In this document: positions 10,991 through 21,400 of the stretch, one piece after another
How positions within the stretch are numbered: the stretch's first letter is position 1
How the letters are laid out: every line of letters begins with the position of its first letter
Assembly: GCA_963749495.1 (NCBI GenBank)
Contig: CAVVMW010000014.1
Span: 352,001 to 416,000, forward strand
Length of the DNA: 64,000 bases
Source of the DNA: an uncultured bacterium
GTDB lineage: Bacteria > Verrucomicrobiota > Verrucomicrobiia > Limisphaerales > UBA8199
Reading direction: 5' to 3'
The notes under the pieces: model-generated
Told to the model about the DNA's origin: nothing
Database searches by the model: none
What the model saw: the letters and a program-made list of their open reading frames with translations, nothing else
Made by a program: the position numbers and the translations under genes

Positions 10991-13900
10991 ATGTATCTGA
11001 AAAATCTAACTGTATTGGGATTCAAATCCTTTGCAGATAAGACCGGCCTGAACTTCCAACCCGGGGTGTCGGCCATCGTTGGCCCCAACGGGTGTGGCAA
11101 GTCCAACGTCTCGGACGCAATCCGTTGGGTACTGGGCGAGCAATCGGCCAAGGCGCTGCGTGGCGACGAGATGGCGGACGTGATTTTCGACGGGACTGAC
11201 GCGCGCAAGCCGATGGGGATGGCGGAGGTTTCGCTCACCGTTAGCGGCGTGGAGGAGGACCATCTGGTGGCCGCCGGGGTGGAGGTTGCCTATAACGAGG
11301 TCACCGTAACCCGGCGTGTCTTTCGCGATGGCGCCAGCGAGTATTTCGTCAACAAGACCCCGTGCCGGCTGCAGGGATATCCAGCAGTTGTTCATGGGCA
11401 CCGGTGTGGGCCGGACCAGCTACAGCATCATGGCCCAGGGCAACATCACGCAGATTCTCTCCAGCAAACCGGAGGATCGGCGGATGATCTTCGAGGAGGC
11501 TGCCGGAATCACGAAGTACAAGGCCCAACGCAAAGAGGCGCTGCGCAAACTCGAGTACACCGAGCAGAACCTCCTCCGAGTGGCCGACCTGGTCCGCGAG
11601 GTCAAACGCCAGATCGGTTCGCTCCAGCGCCAGGCCGGCAAGGCCCGCCGCTACAAGCAGATCTCCCAGGAGTTACAGCACCTGGACACCCAACTTGCCC
11701 GTCACCAGTTCGATGTCCTCCAGGCCGACATCCAGGAACGGCGTCAGACGGCCGAGGGCCTGCGCAACGAGATCGAGGCCGCCTCGGCCAATGTGCTGCG
11801 TTGCGAGGACGAGATGGCGCAACTGCGCAGCCGACTCTCCGAACTCGAACACCAGGCCGGCCTCCAGCAGCAGCGCGGCCTCCAGCTCAAGAGCGAGATC
11901 GACCGCCATGAGAGCCGCATTCAGTTCGACCAAGAGCGCCTGCGCGAGTGCGGCGCCCAAGACGCCAAGGCGATGGCAGACATGACCCAGGCCCAGGAGC
12001 GGCTTCGGGCGGTCCAGGAGGAACTGGCTGCCGTGAGCGGGCACCTGGCCGCCTCCGAGGCGGCCCTCCAGGGCCATCGCCAGGCCCTGGCCTCCAAACA
12101 GGAGGCCCTGCGAGGCCTCGAGCACCAACTGGGTCTTTGCCAGGAAACCTCCCGCCAGGCCCAGGCCGCTGCCTTTGCCGCCGCCCAGGACTTGAGCCGG
12201 GTGCGCAACGAACTCAATGCCCTCGACCTCCAGAAGCAGGGCAACGTCGTGCGGTTGGAGAAGCTCTCCGCCGAGAAAATACTGCTCGAAGAGGAGCGCG
12301 CCCGGCTCCAGGCCCGGCTGCGGGAGTTTGCCGAAAATGTCGAAGCCGAGAAGCGCGACGCCCAATCCCAGTGCCGCACCGTCGAGGAGCGCCAGCAGCG
12401 CCTGCGCCAAATCCAGGAGGAACTCGACGCCGCCGCCCGGGACCTCGACCCGCTCCTCCAGCAGCAGGCCCAAAACCGCTCGCGCCTCGATGTCCTGGGC
12501 CAACTCCAGGCCGCCCACGAGGGTTTCAGCGCCGGCTCGCGCGCCGCCTTGGAGCAGTCGCAGCACGTCCTGGGCTCGCTGGCCGACCGGATCTGCGTGC
12601 CCGACCCGTATGTCAGGGCCATCGAAACCGCCCTGGGCCATCACCTGCAACTGGTGCTGACCGAGCAGCCGGAGGCCGCCCAGCAAATCCTGGCGGACCT
12701 GAGCGCCAACCGGAAAGGGCGGGCGAGCATCGCCCCGCTGGCCTTTGCCCGCAACGGGCATCAGGAGGCCGCTCCCAAAGGGGAGGGTGCAGGCGGGACG
12801 CCCGCGCCACAGGGCTGTGAACCGCCCGCGCTCTCCGCACCCGCCGACGAGGCCATCGCCCCTCTCAATGGGGCGTATCCCGACACCGCCCCTGGAGTGC
12901 GCCCGTCCCCGGGCGCAGCAGCGACGGACCGGGCACGTGCGCCGGAGCACTTGACCGCTGCCCCGGCTGCGGACGTCGCTGCGCCCGAGGACGGGCGCAC
13001 TCCCATCTCGCCGCAGCCGGCGGGGGCGGTGTCGGAATGCGCCCCGCTCAATGGGGCGCCGATACCCGCCATCCAGGTGGTCCGCAGCGAAGACTCGGTC
13101 GGTCCGCTGCTGGAGCGGTTGCTGGGCAGGACGCGAATCGTGCGTGACCTGGAGGCCGCCACTGCGGCGTGGGTCCAGAGCCCGGGCGCCTTCCACTACG
13201 TCACCCTGGGCGGCGAAGTGCTCAGCGAGCATGGCGTCTATACCGGTGGTTCCAGCGGCGGCAACGGGGAGGGCAAGGAGGCGGCGTCCATCCTGGGGCG
13301 GAGGAACCAGATCGCCGAATTGGAGGGCGCGCTGCGGCAGGTTGGCGAGCAGGCCGCTGAGATCAGCCGCCGCAAGGGCGCCCTGCAGGCCGAGCGGACC
13401 GAGTTGCAAGCGGGCCTGCAACAGGCCCAGACCGAGTTGCGCGCCCAGGAGGTCGCCATTGCCACCCACGAAGGCGAGTTCAATGCGTTGCGCAACTCGC
13501 ACCGGCTGCTGGACCAGAAGATCGAGACGGTCGTCTATGAGGTCGAGAGCCTGGCGGCGCAGGAGCGGGAGGGTTTGGAGAAGCGGGCCGCGCTGGCAGC
13601 CCGGGCGGCCGAAGCGCAGGGCCTGGAGCAGGCGGAGCAGGCGCGGGTCGCCGAGGCGAGCGCGCGCCTGGAGAGCTTGCGCCAGCAGCGCGATGGCGCC
13701 AATGCGGGCCTGACCGAGAGCCGGGTGGCGCTGGCGACTGAGGAGCAGATGTGCGCCGCCTACGGCCAGCAACGGCAGTCGCTCCAGCAGCGGCTCCAGG
13801 AGTTGGTCCAGTTCATCGAGCAGCGCCGCAGCGAGTTGGGGTCGTTCGCCGCGCGCAAGGAACAGGCCGAATCGGAAATCCAGGATTCGCGCGGCCAGAT

Positions 13901-15015
13901 CGAGGTGCTGCAGCACGAGCGGGAGCAGGTCGCTGCGCAGACGGCCCAGTTGCTGGGCCAGAAGCAGACCCAGGAGGCGGCGGTGGGCGCGCGGGATGAA
14001 GGGCTGCGCGAGCAGCGGCGCCACTTGGCCGAGGTCCAGGAGCAGCGCTCGGGCCTGGAGGTCGAACTGGCGCAAAAGACCATGTTCCGTCCAGAACCTC
14101 CGCGACCGTATCCAGGAGAAATACCAGGTGCGCCTCGACGACGTGCGCAGCGAGTGCATCACCATTACGTTTGCCGACGAAGGCCAGCCCAAGGTCCACG
14201 TCATGACGCCCGATGAGATGGCGGCGGCGGGGGTCGCGACCGACTGGACCACGGTGGGCCGGCAGGTTGAGGCCCTGCAGCAGCGGTTGGCTGAAATGGG
14301 CCCCGTCAACCTTGTCGCCATCGAGGAATACGAGGAGACCGAGGAGCGCCACCAGTTCCTGAGCCAGCAGCACGACGACCTGGTCCAGGCCAAGGGCCAA
14401 TTGCTGGAGGTCATCAACCGCATCAACGCCCAGACGCGCCAGATGTTCCAGCAGACCTTCGAGCAGGTCCGCGACAGCTTCCGGGCCCTGTTCACCGAGG
14501 TCTTCGGCGGCGGCAAGGCCGACCTGCTGCTCGTGGACGAGAACGACTCGCTCGAGAGCGGCATCGAGATCGTCGCCCGCCCGCCCGGCAAGCAGTTGCA
14601 GACCATTTCACTGCTCTCCGGCGGCGAGCAGACCATGACCGCCGTGGCCCTCCTGTTCTCGATCTACCAGGTCAAACCCAGCCCCTTCTGCGTCCTGGAC
14701 GAATTGGACGCCTCGCTGGACGAATCGAACATCAACCGGTTCACCCGCATCCTGCAGCGGTTCCTGGCCCACTCCCAGTTCATCATCATCACCCACAACA
14801 AGCGGACCATCGGCATGGCCGACGTGCTCTACGGCATTACCATGCAGGAACAGGGCGTGAGCAAGATCGTGAGCGTCAAGTTCCACAAGGCCGGCGAGGG
14901 CGGGCCGCTGGAGCAGACGCCACGGCCCGGCCAGGCCGGCAACCGCTCCTTAGAGACCGAAGCCGATGGCACGAGGCAGGCTGATAATGACTCGGACGTC
15001 GTAATGGCCAAATAG
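10991..15015 (+). CDS. smc: Chromosome segregation protein SMC (two +1 indels near 11375 and 14085, probably read errors)
   Basis: MYLK..GFKSF, Walker A GPNGCGKSN, FEEAAGITKYK, coiled coils, hinge, LSGGE signature, LDELDASLDE Walker B/D-loop, QFIIITH. Confidence 0.95.
12870..13045. mobile_element. Palindromic MITE/REPIN inserted in frame in smc
   Basis: Homologous to 8210-8380; GCCCC(T/G)CTCAATGGGGCG duplicated at 12858 and 13041, 183 bp apart. Confidence 0.85.
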
Positions 15016-15042
15016 GGCCGCGCCCAAGACCCAGGGGGCTCC

Positions 15043-15146
15043 AAATCCGAAATACGCAGAATCATTTTTGGTAGAATCATAAGGATAACTCTTACCAAAA
15101 TGATTCTGTCAGTAATGATTCTGCTTCCTGCGGATTTCGGATTTCA
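15043..15146. repeat. AT-rich palindromic element
   Basis: AAATCCGAAAT..AGAATCATTTTTGGTA / TACCAAAATGATTCT..ATTTCGGATTT. Confidence 0.65.
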
Positions 15147-15195
15147 ACCCGGGGTTTGTCCTTGTTTCCAGGGTGGCCTGCCGTAAAGTACCGGT

Positions 15196-15897
15196 ATGGC
15201 GACAACTGGCGCACCCACCATCAGCCCTCAAGAGGCCGGCTCCGAGTTAGCGGAGCCGCTGCTGGAACCGGGGGATCGGCTCACGCGCAGCGAGTTTGAG
15301 CGGCGCTACGAGCGCATGCCGCACGTCAAGAAGGCCGAACTCATCGAAGGAATCGTCTATATGCCCTCACCCGTCCGTGCCAGGAGACATGGCAAGCCTC
15401 ACACTATCCTCGGCGCATGGCTGGCGATGTATGAGGTCGAAACTCCCGGCGTTGAATGCTTTACTGATTCGACAGTCCGCCTGGATCTCGAAAACGAGCC
15501 GCAGCCGGACCTGGTGCTGATAAAGGCGCAGGCCAAGGGCGGGCAGGCGCGCATTTCCGCCGAGGACTACATCGAAGGAGCGCCGGAACTGGCCGTCGAG
15601 ATCGTCGGCAGTTCGCGGGCTTACGACCTGCACCAAAAGAAAGGCGCGTACCGCCGCAACGGCGTGCGCGAATACCTGGCATGGATCACGGGCGAGAATC
15701 GCCTCGTGTGGTGGGAGTTGCGGGAAGAGGAGTACCTGGAGATAGCCTCTGGGGAAGGCGGCCTGCTCAAGAGCGGGGTCTTTCCGGGCCTTTGGCTCGA
15801 CACCCAGGCCCTCCTGCGCCGGGACCTCAAGGGTGTGCTCGCCGGGCTGCGACGCGGCCTGGAGAGCCCCGAACACCGCGCCTTTGCCGAGAGCTGA
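15196..15897 (+). CDS. Uma2 family (PD-(D/E)xK) endonuclease-like protein
   Basis: LEPGDRLTRSEFERRY, KAELIEGIVYM, EPQPD, GAPELAVEI, K...YRRNGVREY. Confidence 0.92.
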   Translation: MATTGAPTISPQEAGSELAEPLLEPGDRLTRSEFERRYERMPHVKKAELIEGIVYMPSPVRARRHGKPHTILGAWLAMYEVETPGVECFTDSTVRLDLENEPQPDLVLIKAQAKGGQARISAEDYIEGAPELAVEIVGSSRAYDLHQKKGAYRRNGVREYLAWITGENRLVWWELREEEYLEIASGEGGLLKSGVFPGLWLDTQALLRRDLKGVLAGLRRGLESPEHRAFAES

Positions 15898-16989
15898 CTA
15901 TCCCAACACCCGCAGGAGTTTGACGAACGCATAGGCCAGGCCCCCCGTGACGGGGATAGTGAGGAGCCAGGCCCAGACCATGCGCTCGACAACTGTCCAC
16001 TTGATGGCGTTGAGGCGGCGGGCGGCCCCCACACCCATGATTGCGGCGGAGATATTGTGGGTGGTCGAGACCGGAATGCCCAGGTGAGTGGCGGCCCAGA
16101 TGACCAGGGCGGAACTGGTCTCGGCGGCAAAACCGTTGATGGGATGGAGCTTGACCATTTTATGGCCCAGGGTCTTGATGATGCGCCATCCGCCCACGGC
16201 CGTGCCTGAGGCCATCACCAGGGCGCACACGACCTTGATCCACGCCGCGATTTCGAGGTCGTTGCCCGGCGCGGGGGCGGGGGCCTGGAGGAACGAGAGC
16301 CAGCGCGGCAGGTCTTTGAAGTGGCCCGCCTGGGTGGCGGTGAACAGAGTCAAGGCGATGATGCCCATGGTTTTCTGGGCGTCATTGGTGCCGTGCATGA
16401 GGCCCATGCCGCCGGCGCTGAACATCTGGGCGATGCCAAAGAGGCGATTGACTTTGGCCGGCCTGGCCCGGCGCAGGAGCAGATAGAGGCCCGCCATCAT
16501 CAGGAAGCCCAGCGCCAGGCCCGCTGCGGGGGAGGTGACCATCGGCACGATGACCTTCCACAACAACCCTTTGCCGAGCCACCAATGGCGCGGGTCGGGC
16601 TGCGACCAGACAATGACGCGCCAATTGTTCGAAGAAGCGGCCAGGGCTGAACCGCAGAGGCCGCCGATCAGGGCGTGGCTGGAGCTGGACGGCAGGCCGA
16701 CCCACCACACGAGCAGGTCCCAGAGGATGGCCGCGAGCAATGCGCAAATGATGATGCTCGAGGTCATCGCCACCAGTTTCGCGTCCACCAGGCCCGAGGA
16801 GATGGTTTTGGCCACGGCCGTGCCCCAGAGGGCGCCCATCATGTTGGTGCAGGCGGCCAACACCACTGCCTGGCGGGGCGTCAGGACCCGGGTGGATACC
16901 ACCGTGGCGATCGAGTTGGCGGTGTCGTTGCAGCCATTGATGAACTCGAAGACCAGCGCCACCAAAATGACCAGCAGCACGAGAATCAT
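15898..16989 (-). CDS. pit: Inorganic phosphate transporter (PiT family)
   Basis: FINGCNDTANSIATVV, GLPSSSSHALIGG, HGTNDAQKTMG, GIPVSTTH. Confidence 0.93.
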   Translation of the reverse strand: MILVLLVILVALVFEFINGCNDTANSIATVVSTRVLTPRQAVVLAACTNMMGALWGTAVAKTISSGLVDAKLVAMTSSIIICALLAAILWDLLVWWVGLPSSSSHALIGGLCGSALAASSNNWRVIVWSQPDPRHWWLGKGLLWKVIVPMVTSPAAGLALGFLMMAGLYLLLRRARPAKVNRLFGIAQMFSAGGMGLMHGTNDAQKTMGIIALTLFTATQAGHFKDLPRWLSFLQAPAPAPGNDLEIAAWIKVVCALVMASGTAVGGWRIIKTLGHKMVKLHPINGFAAETSSALVIWAATHLGIPVSTTHNISAAIMGVGAARRLNAIKWTVVERMVWAWLLTIPVTGGLAYAFVKLLRVLG

Positions 16990-17001
16990 CGCGACTAAGC
17001 C

Positions 17002-17631
17002 TCAGGAGTTTTTCAGGGCGATATTGGCGATGACGTTGCCCGCGTCGCGGCAACGGTCGATCATCTTCTCGAGCAACTCGTAGAGGTCCTTGAGGGCGAT
17101 GACCTGGAGCGGCTCGTGTGCGCCGCTGAAGAGGTCTTTGTAGTGCGCCATGATCTGCTTGTCGGCCTCGCCTTCGAGGAATTGGAGCCGGTCGTTGAGG
17201 TCCTTGACTTTCTCGAGGTTCATGCCCTTGCGCAGGGACTTGACCAGTTCGAGCACGATGTCCGTGGCCCGCTCCAGCAGGTCGATTTGTTTGGAGAAAT
17301 CGATCCCCCGCACGAAGTGCGGCGTGAGCATGGCCCGCTCGGTGAACTTCTCGACGGTCTTGGGGATCTTATAGAGGGCATTGGAGAGTTCCTCGATGTC
17401 CTCGCGCTCCAGCGCCGTGATGAAGGTGGTATAGACGGCATCGCTGATCTGCTGGGTGATCCGCTTGTCCTTCCGGCGCAGATGCGCCAGTTCGTGCATG
17501 CCCACCGGCTTGTCCAGGTTCTTGCTCAGTCCGACCAGGGTCTGGACGCTGCCGCGCGCCTCCTCGGCGCTGGCCTCCAGGAGGCTAAAGAACTTGTCCT
17601 CCTGGCCCAGGAGCTTCTGCAATGAAAACAT
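17002..17631 (-). CDS. DUF47 phosphate transport regulator (PhoU-like)
   Basis: TFITALEREDI, LEGEAD, KDLYELLEKMIDRCRDAGN; directly upstream of pit. Confidence 0.9.
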   Translation of the reverse strand: MFSLQKLLGQEDKFFSLLEASAEEARGSVQTLVGLSKNLDKPVGMHELAHLRRKDKRITQQISDAVYTTFITALEREDIEELSNALYKIPKTVEKFTERAMLTPHFVRGIDFSKQIDLLERATDIVLELVKSLRKGMNLEKVKDLNDRLQFLEGEADKQIMAHYKDLFSGAHEPLQVIALKDLYELLEKMIDRCRDAGNVIANIALKNS

Positions 17632-17697
17632 AGTGCGCCGGTTGTACACGCTCCGGACAACGGGGGCACGAAAAAAGAGAAACACACGCGGCGCCCC

Positions 17698-17883
17698 GTG
17701 TGCATCCCGGCACTGGCCCCATTTGGCGGGGCACAGCAGTTTGTAGCGCAGGTTTCCAAACCTGCTGTATCGCCGACTTCCAGTCGGCAGGGCGCCGGAA
17801 CTCGCGGCGCCTGCGGGTTAGGAAACCCGCGATACAGCAGACTTGGAAGTCTGCGCTACGGGGGCAGTGTCCGGCTGCGGCCC
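17698..17883. repeat. REPIN-like element with GTAG-type core
   Basis: GTAGCGCAGGTTTCCAAACCTGCTGTATCG / CGATACAGCAGACTTGGAAGTCTGCGCTAC, inside GCATCCCGGCACTG / CAGTGTCCGGCTGC arms. Confidence 0.8.
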
Positions 17884-17931
17884 GACTTCCCCCCGGTTGC
17901 GCAAATGCGGAGGCGGGCTATGATAGAGGAG

Positions 17932-19057
17932 ATGAATATCCCTGAATTTGATCTGGTGCGGCTGATGCGGACGGTCTTCGACCCGGGCGGGAGAGCGGGT
18001 GGGCGTTTTCATCGATCTGCCCAGGCCGCTCGACGTGAAAGGCTGGAAATTCCTCCAGGACACCGGGCTGGTCACGCAACGGATTGCCTACGAGGTGTTC
18101 TACCAGGGACTGCTCGAGCACAAGGCGGAGCTGCCTTTTGCCGGGGTGGATTTTTATGCCTACGCACCGACGGGGGGCAGCAATCTGGATCTGCCGCCGA
18201 CGGTGTTGGACGCCGAGGGCAAGCCGCTGAGGCTGGCGGAGGATGTGTTGCGGCGGCTGCAGATCGTGCTCTACCTGACGAGCTTTTCGGCCACCGCCCC
18301 GCTGACAGCGCTGGCCAAGGAGATCGGTTTTCGCGGCGCGACCATGCACGGGTGCAACGAAACCATCCTGCGCACCGGCCTGGCCAAGGATTACGCCCAG
18401 GTCTCCGCCAAGGCGGAACGGCTTCGCCAGGCGCTCACCCGGTGCGATGACGTGGTGGTCGAGTTCGAGGTCCTGGGGCAACGGGCCCGGCTCACGCTCG
18501 AGCTGGGCCGCCAGGAGGCCCAAAAAAGCCACGGCCTGTGCCCGCGCCCGGGCGAGATAGCCAACCTGCCCGCCGGGGAGATCTATTGGGTGCCGACCGG
18601 TGCGCGCGGCCAGTTCCCGCTCCGGCTCAAAGGGGACGGCACGCTGGCGCTGATGGAGGTGGCGGACGGGCGTGTCCGGGATGGCCAACTGCTCAAAGGC
18701 AGCCAAACCACGCTCGAACAGGCCCTGGGCCTCTTCCAGAGCGATCCGGCCACGGGAGTGCTGGGCGAACTGGGTTTGGGCACGCAAGTCCTCCCGCCCG
18801 CCGGCGCGGACATCCAGGACGAGAAGATCCTCGGCACTCTGCACGTGGCCACCGGGCGCGACGATCACCTGGGCGGGAACCTGGGCCCCAGCGCATTCAA
18901 GGACAAGCGCCACGCCACCCACGAGGACATCCTGTTTGCCCCGCACAAGACCCCGGAGATCCGCCTCAACGGCGTCTGGATGCACAAGGAGGGCAAGGAA
19001 GTGCTGCTGATCAAGGACTACGAACCGACGGAATTCGTGAAAGCCCTGGCAACGTGA
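17932..19057 (+). CDS. M29/thermophilic-metalloprotease-like aminopeptidase (indel near 17985)
   Basis: MNIPEFDLVRLMRTVF then ERVGVFIDL; IANLPAGE, LGELGLG, QDEKILGTLHVATGRDDH, HEDI. Confidence 0.7.
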
Positions 19058-19797
19058 CGGACAAACCCAATCCGTACGAGACCTCGCGCTACCTCGAAGA
19101 GTACCTGCTCTTTCACTACGGTTCGCCCCGGGAGCTTTGCCCGTTCCAGTTTGTTCCCCGCCAACTGATGCGGTTTCATGAACGGCTTCGCCGGGAGTGC
19201 CTTCTGCCCCTGGACCGGGCCGCCCCCGGACCCACGCGCGCCCTGGACATCGGCTGCGGCGTGGGACGCTTTACCTTCGAACTGGGGCGCGTGGCCGACC
19301 AGGCCCTGGGGCTGGACAGCTCGCGCCCCTTCGTGGATGCCGCCCGCCGCATGGCCAGAGACAAGGCGGTGACCGTTCAAGTCACTGATTCGGGGCTGCA
19401 GTCTCTGGCGCGCCGGTTGGTCCTGCCGCGCGCGTTGCAGCGCAGCCAGGTCCAGTTCGATGTGGGCGATGCCCTCGACTTGGGCGCCCTGCCCGGGGCC
19501 GCGTTTCAGATCGTGGCGGCCATCAACCTGCTCTGCAGGCTCGCCTCACCGCGCCGGTTCCTCGAGCAAGTGCCGCGCCTGGTGGCTCCCGGAGGGCAGT
19601 TGCTCCTCGCCTCTCCCAATTCCTGGCTCGAGCAATACACGCCCCAGGACCAATGGCTGCCCAACCGCCAGGTCCGGCAGATGCTCGAACCGCATTCCCA
19701 ACTGCGCCGCCGCCTCGACCTCCCCTTGCTCATCCGCGAGCATCGGCGCAAATACGAGTTGGTGGTCTCCGAGGTGATGGTGTTCAGGCGCCGATGA
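19054..19797 (+). CDS. SAM-dependent methyltransferase, OvoA C-terminal (mercaptohistidine N-methyltransferase)-like
   Basis: NPYET...EYLLFHYG, ALDIGCGVGRFTFEL, AINLLCRL, SP.SWLEQYTP, IREHRRKYE; GTG overlaps the upstream TGA. Confidence 0.75.
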   Translation: MTDKPNPYETSRYLEEYLLFHYGSPRELCPFQFVPRQLMRFHERLRRECLLPLDRAAPGPTRALDIGCGVGRFTFELGRVADQALGLDSSRPFVDAARRMARDKAVTVQVTDSGLQSLARRLVLPRALQRSQVQFDVGDALDLGALPGAAFQIVAAINLLCRLASPRRFLEQVPRLVAPGGQLLLASPNSWLEQYTPQDQWLPNRQVRQMLEPHSQLRRRLDLPLLIREHRRKYELVVSEVMVFRRR

Positions 19798-19813
19798 GCG
19801 GCGTGCCCCGTTT

Positions 19814-19920
19814 CGAAATCCGAAATCCGAAATCCGAGGCAGGCAGAAAAATGGGGGCAGAAAGATAAGTTTTTGTTTTATCTTTCTGCCCCCATCTTTC
19901 TGCCTGGAATCCGAAATCCC
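19814..19920. repeat. (GAAATCC)n plus GGCAGAAAAATGGGGGCAGAAAGAT palindrome
   Basis: GAAATCC x3; CAGGCAGAAAAATGGGGGCAGAAAGATAA / TTATCTTTCTGCCCCCATCTTTCTGCCTG. Confidence 0.75.
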
Positions 19921-20132
19921 AGTCAAAATGTCCGCGCTCCCGCGCACCCGCGCTCCCGCACGATGGGCGCATCTTGGCTCGGTCGGCCTTCCGCAAGCCG
20001 GGCAAGTCGAGGGGGGCGTCGGGAAGCCCGCAAGGTTTTGGACTGCCGCAGTCCAAAACGCTTCGCGACTTCGGGCGCGCACCCCAATCTGCTCTGGCGG
20101 AAAACATTCCGCCCGAGTAGGATTCTAGAGAC

Positions 20133-21071
20133 ATGACATTGGGAGCGGGCCAGGCCGAAATGAGGGCCGCAGCATTGACCTCTCTTGCTGCGGCCGTGGT
20201 GCTGACCGGGCTGAAGATTGTCATCGGGCTGCTCAGCGGCAGCCTGGGCATCCTCGCCGAGGCGGCGCACTCCGGCATGGATTTTGTCGTCACCCTGGTG
20301 ACCTACCTTGCGATCCGGTTGTCGGGCAAGCCGCCGGACAGCGACCATCCCTACGGGCATGGGAAGGTGGAGCATCTGTCGGCGCTGTTTGAATCGCTGC
20401 TGCTGCTGCTGACTTGCGCCTGGATCATCCGTGAGTCGGCCCGCAGGCTGGCGGGGCAAGGCGTACACGTGGACGCCACCTGGTGGACCTTCGCGGTCAT
20501 GCTCGTCTCGGTTGCGGTCAACCTCTCCCGCTCCCGGATGCTTTACCGGGTGGCGGTGAAGAACCGCAGCCAGGCGCTGGAGGCCGACGCCCTGCACTTC
20601 CGGACGGACCTCTGGAGCTCGGCGGTCGTGCTTTTGGGTTTGGTGGGCGTAAAGATAGCATCCTGGTTCCCGAATCTGGGCTTTCTTGAAAAGACCGACG
20701 CCGTGGCGGCGCTCATTGTGGCGGTCATCGTGATCGGGGTCAGCGTCCGGCTCGGGTTGCGCACTATCGAGGGCCTGATGGACACCTCGCCGGCGGGGGC
20801 GGCCGAAAAGATCAAGGCCAAGGTCGAGAGCATCGGCGAAGTCAGGGATTGCCATGCCGTGCGGGTCCGGCATTCCGGGCCGCACTATTTTGTGGATCTC
20901 CACATCACCTTGGATGGCCGCCAACCGCTCCAGGATGCCCACGCTGTGACCGAGCGCGTCGAGCAGGCCGTGGGCGAAGTCCTGCCGGGCGCGGATGTGA
21001 CGGTGCATCCCGAGCCTACGGCTGTTTCAGGGGAGCCAGACCCGTCGGACCAATCGGACAGGTCCGGCTGA
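20133..21071 (+). CDS. Cation diffusion facilitator (FieF-like)
   Basis: SLGILAEAAHS.MD, PPD.DHPYGHGKVE, ALEADALHFRTD, C-terminal ZT dimer domain with VHPEP. Confidence 0.93.
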   Translation: MTLGAGQAEMRAAALTSLAAAVVLTGLKIVIGLLSGSLGILAEAAHSGMDFVVTLVTYLAIRLSGKPPDSDHPYGHGKVEHLSALFESLLLLLTCAWIIRESARRLAGQGVHVDATWWTFAVMLVSVAVNLSRSRMLYRVAVKNRSQALEADALHFRTDLWSSAVVLLGLVGVKIASWFPNLGFLEKTDAVAALIVAVIVIGVSVRLGLRTIEGLMDTSPAGAAEKIKAKVESIGEVRDCHAVRVRHSGPHYFVDLHITLDGRQPLQDAHAVTERVEQAVGEVLPGADVTVHPEPTAVSGEPDPSDQSDRSG

Positions 21072-21109
21072 GGTGAAGGCGCGCAAGCGGTCGAGGGCCA
21101 TCTCTATCG

Positions 21110-21400
21110 TAGAGCTTGTCCCAAAAGCTCTGATTCCGGAGCTTCGTCGCAGCCTTTGTCGGCACCTTTGTCGAGAAATGGCCAATCCGACAAAGGTTGC
21201 GGCAAAGGCTGCGACAAAGGTCCCCCACTCGCGGGGTTTTGGGACAGGCTCTATCTTAGAGCTTGTCCCAAAAGCTCTGATTCCAGACCTTCGTCGCAGC
21301 CTTTGTCGGCACCTTTGTCGAGAAATGGCCAATCCGACAAAGGTTGCGGCAAAGGCTGCGACAAAGGTCCCCCACTCGCGGGGTTTTGGGACAGGCTCTA
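21110..21400. mobile_element. Tandem dimer of the GAGC(C/T)TGTCCCAAAA MITE (147-bp period)
   Basis: TAGAGCTTGTCCCAAAA...TTTTGGGACAGGCTCTA at 21110-21253 and 21257-21400, nearly identical. Confidence 0.85.

Noticed and set aside
11365..14095. Frameshifts in smc (also near 5495, 6220-7620 and 17985) as programmed frameshifting or pseudogenisation
   Set aside because: Isolated single-base indels with intact motifs on both sides and no slippery heptamers. They occur in several unrelated core genes, so long-read errors are the simplest explanation.
9076..21400. CCTTTGTCG repeats or the 147-bp tandem as a CRISPR array
   Set aside because: No unique spacers, the units are palindromic MITEs, and no cas genes are present.
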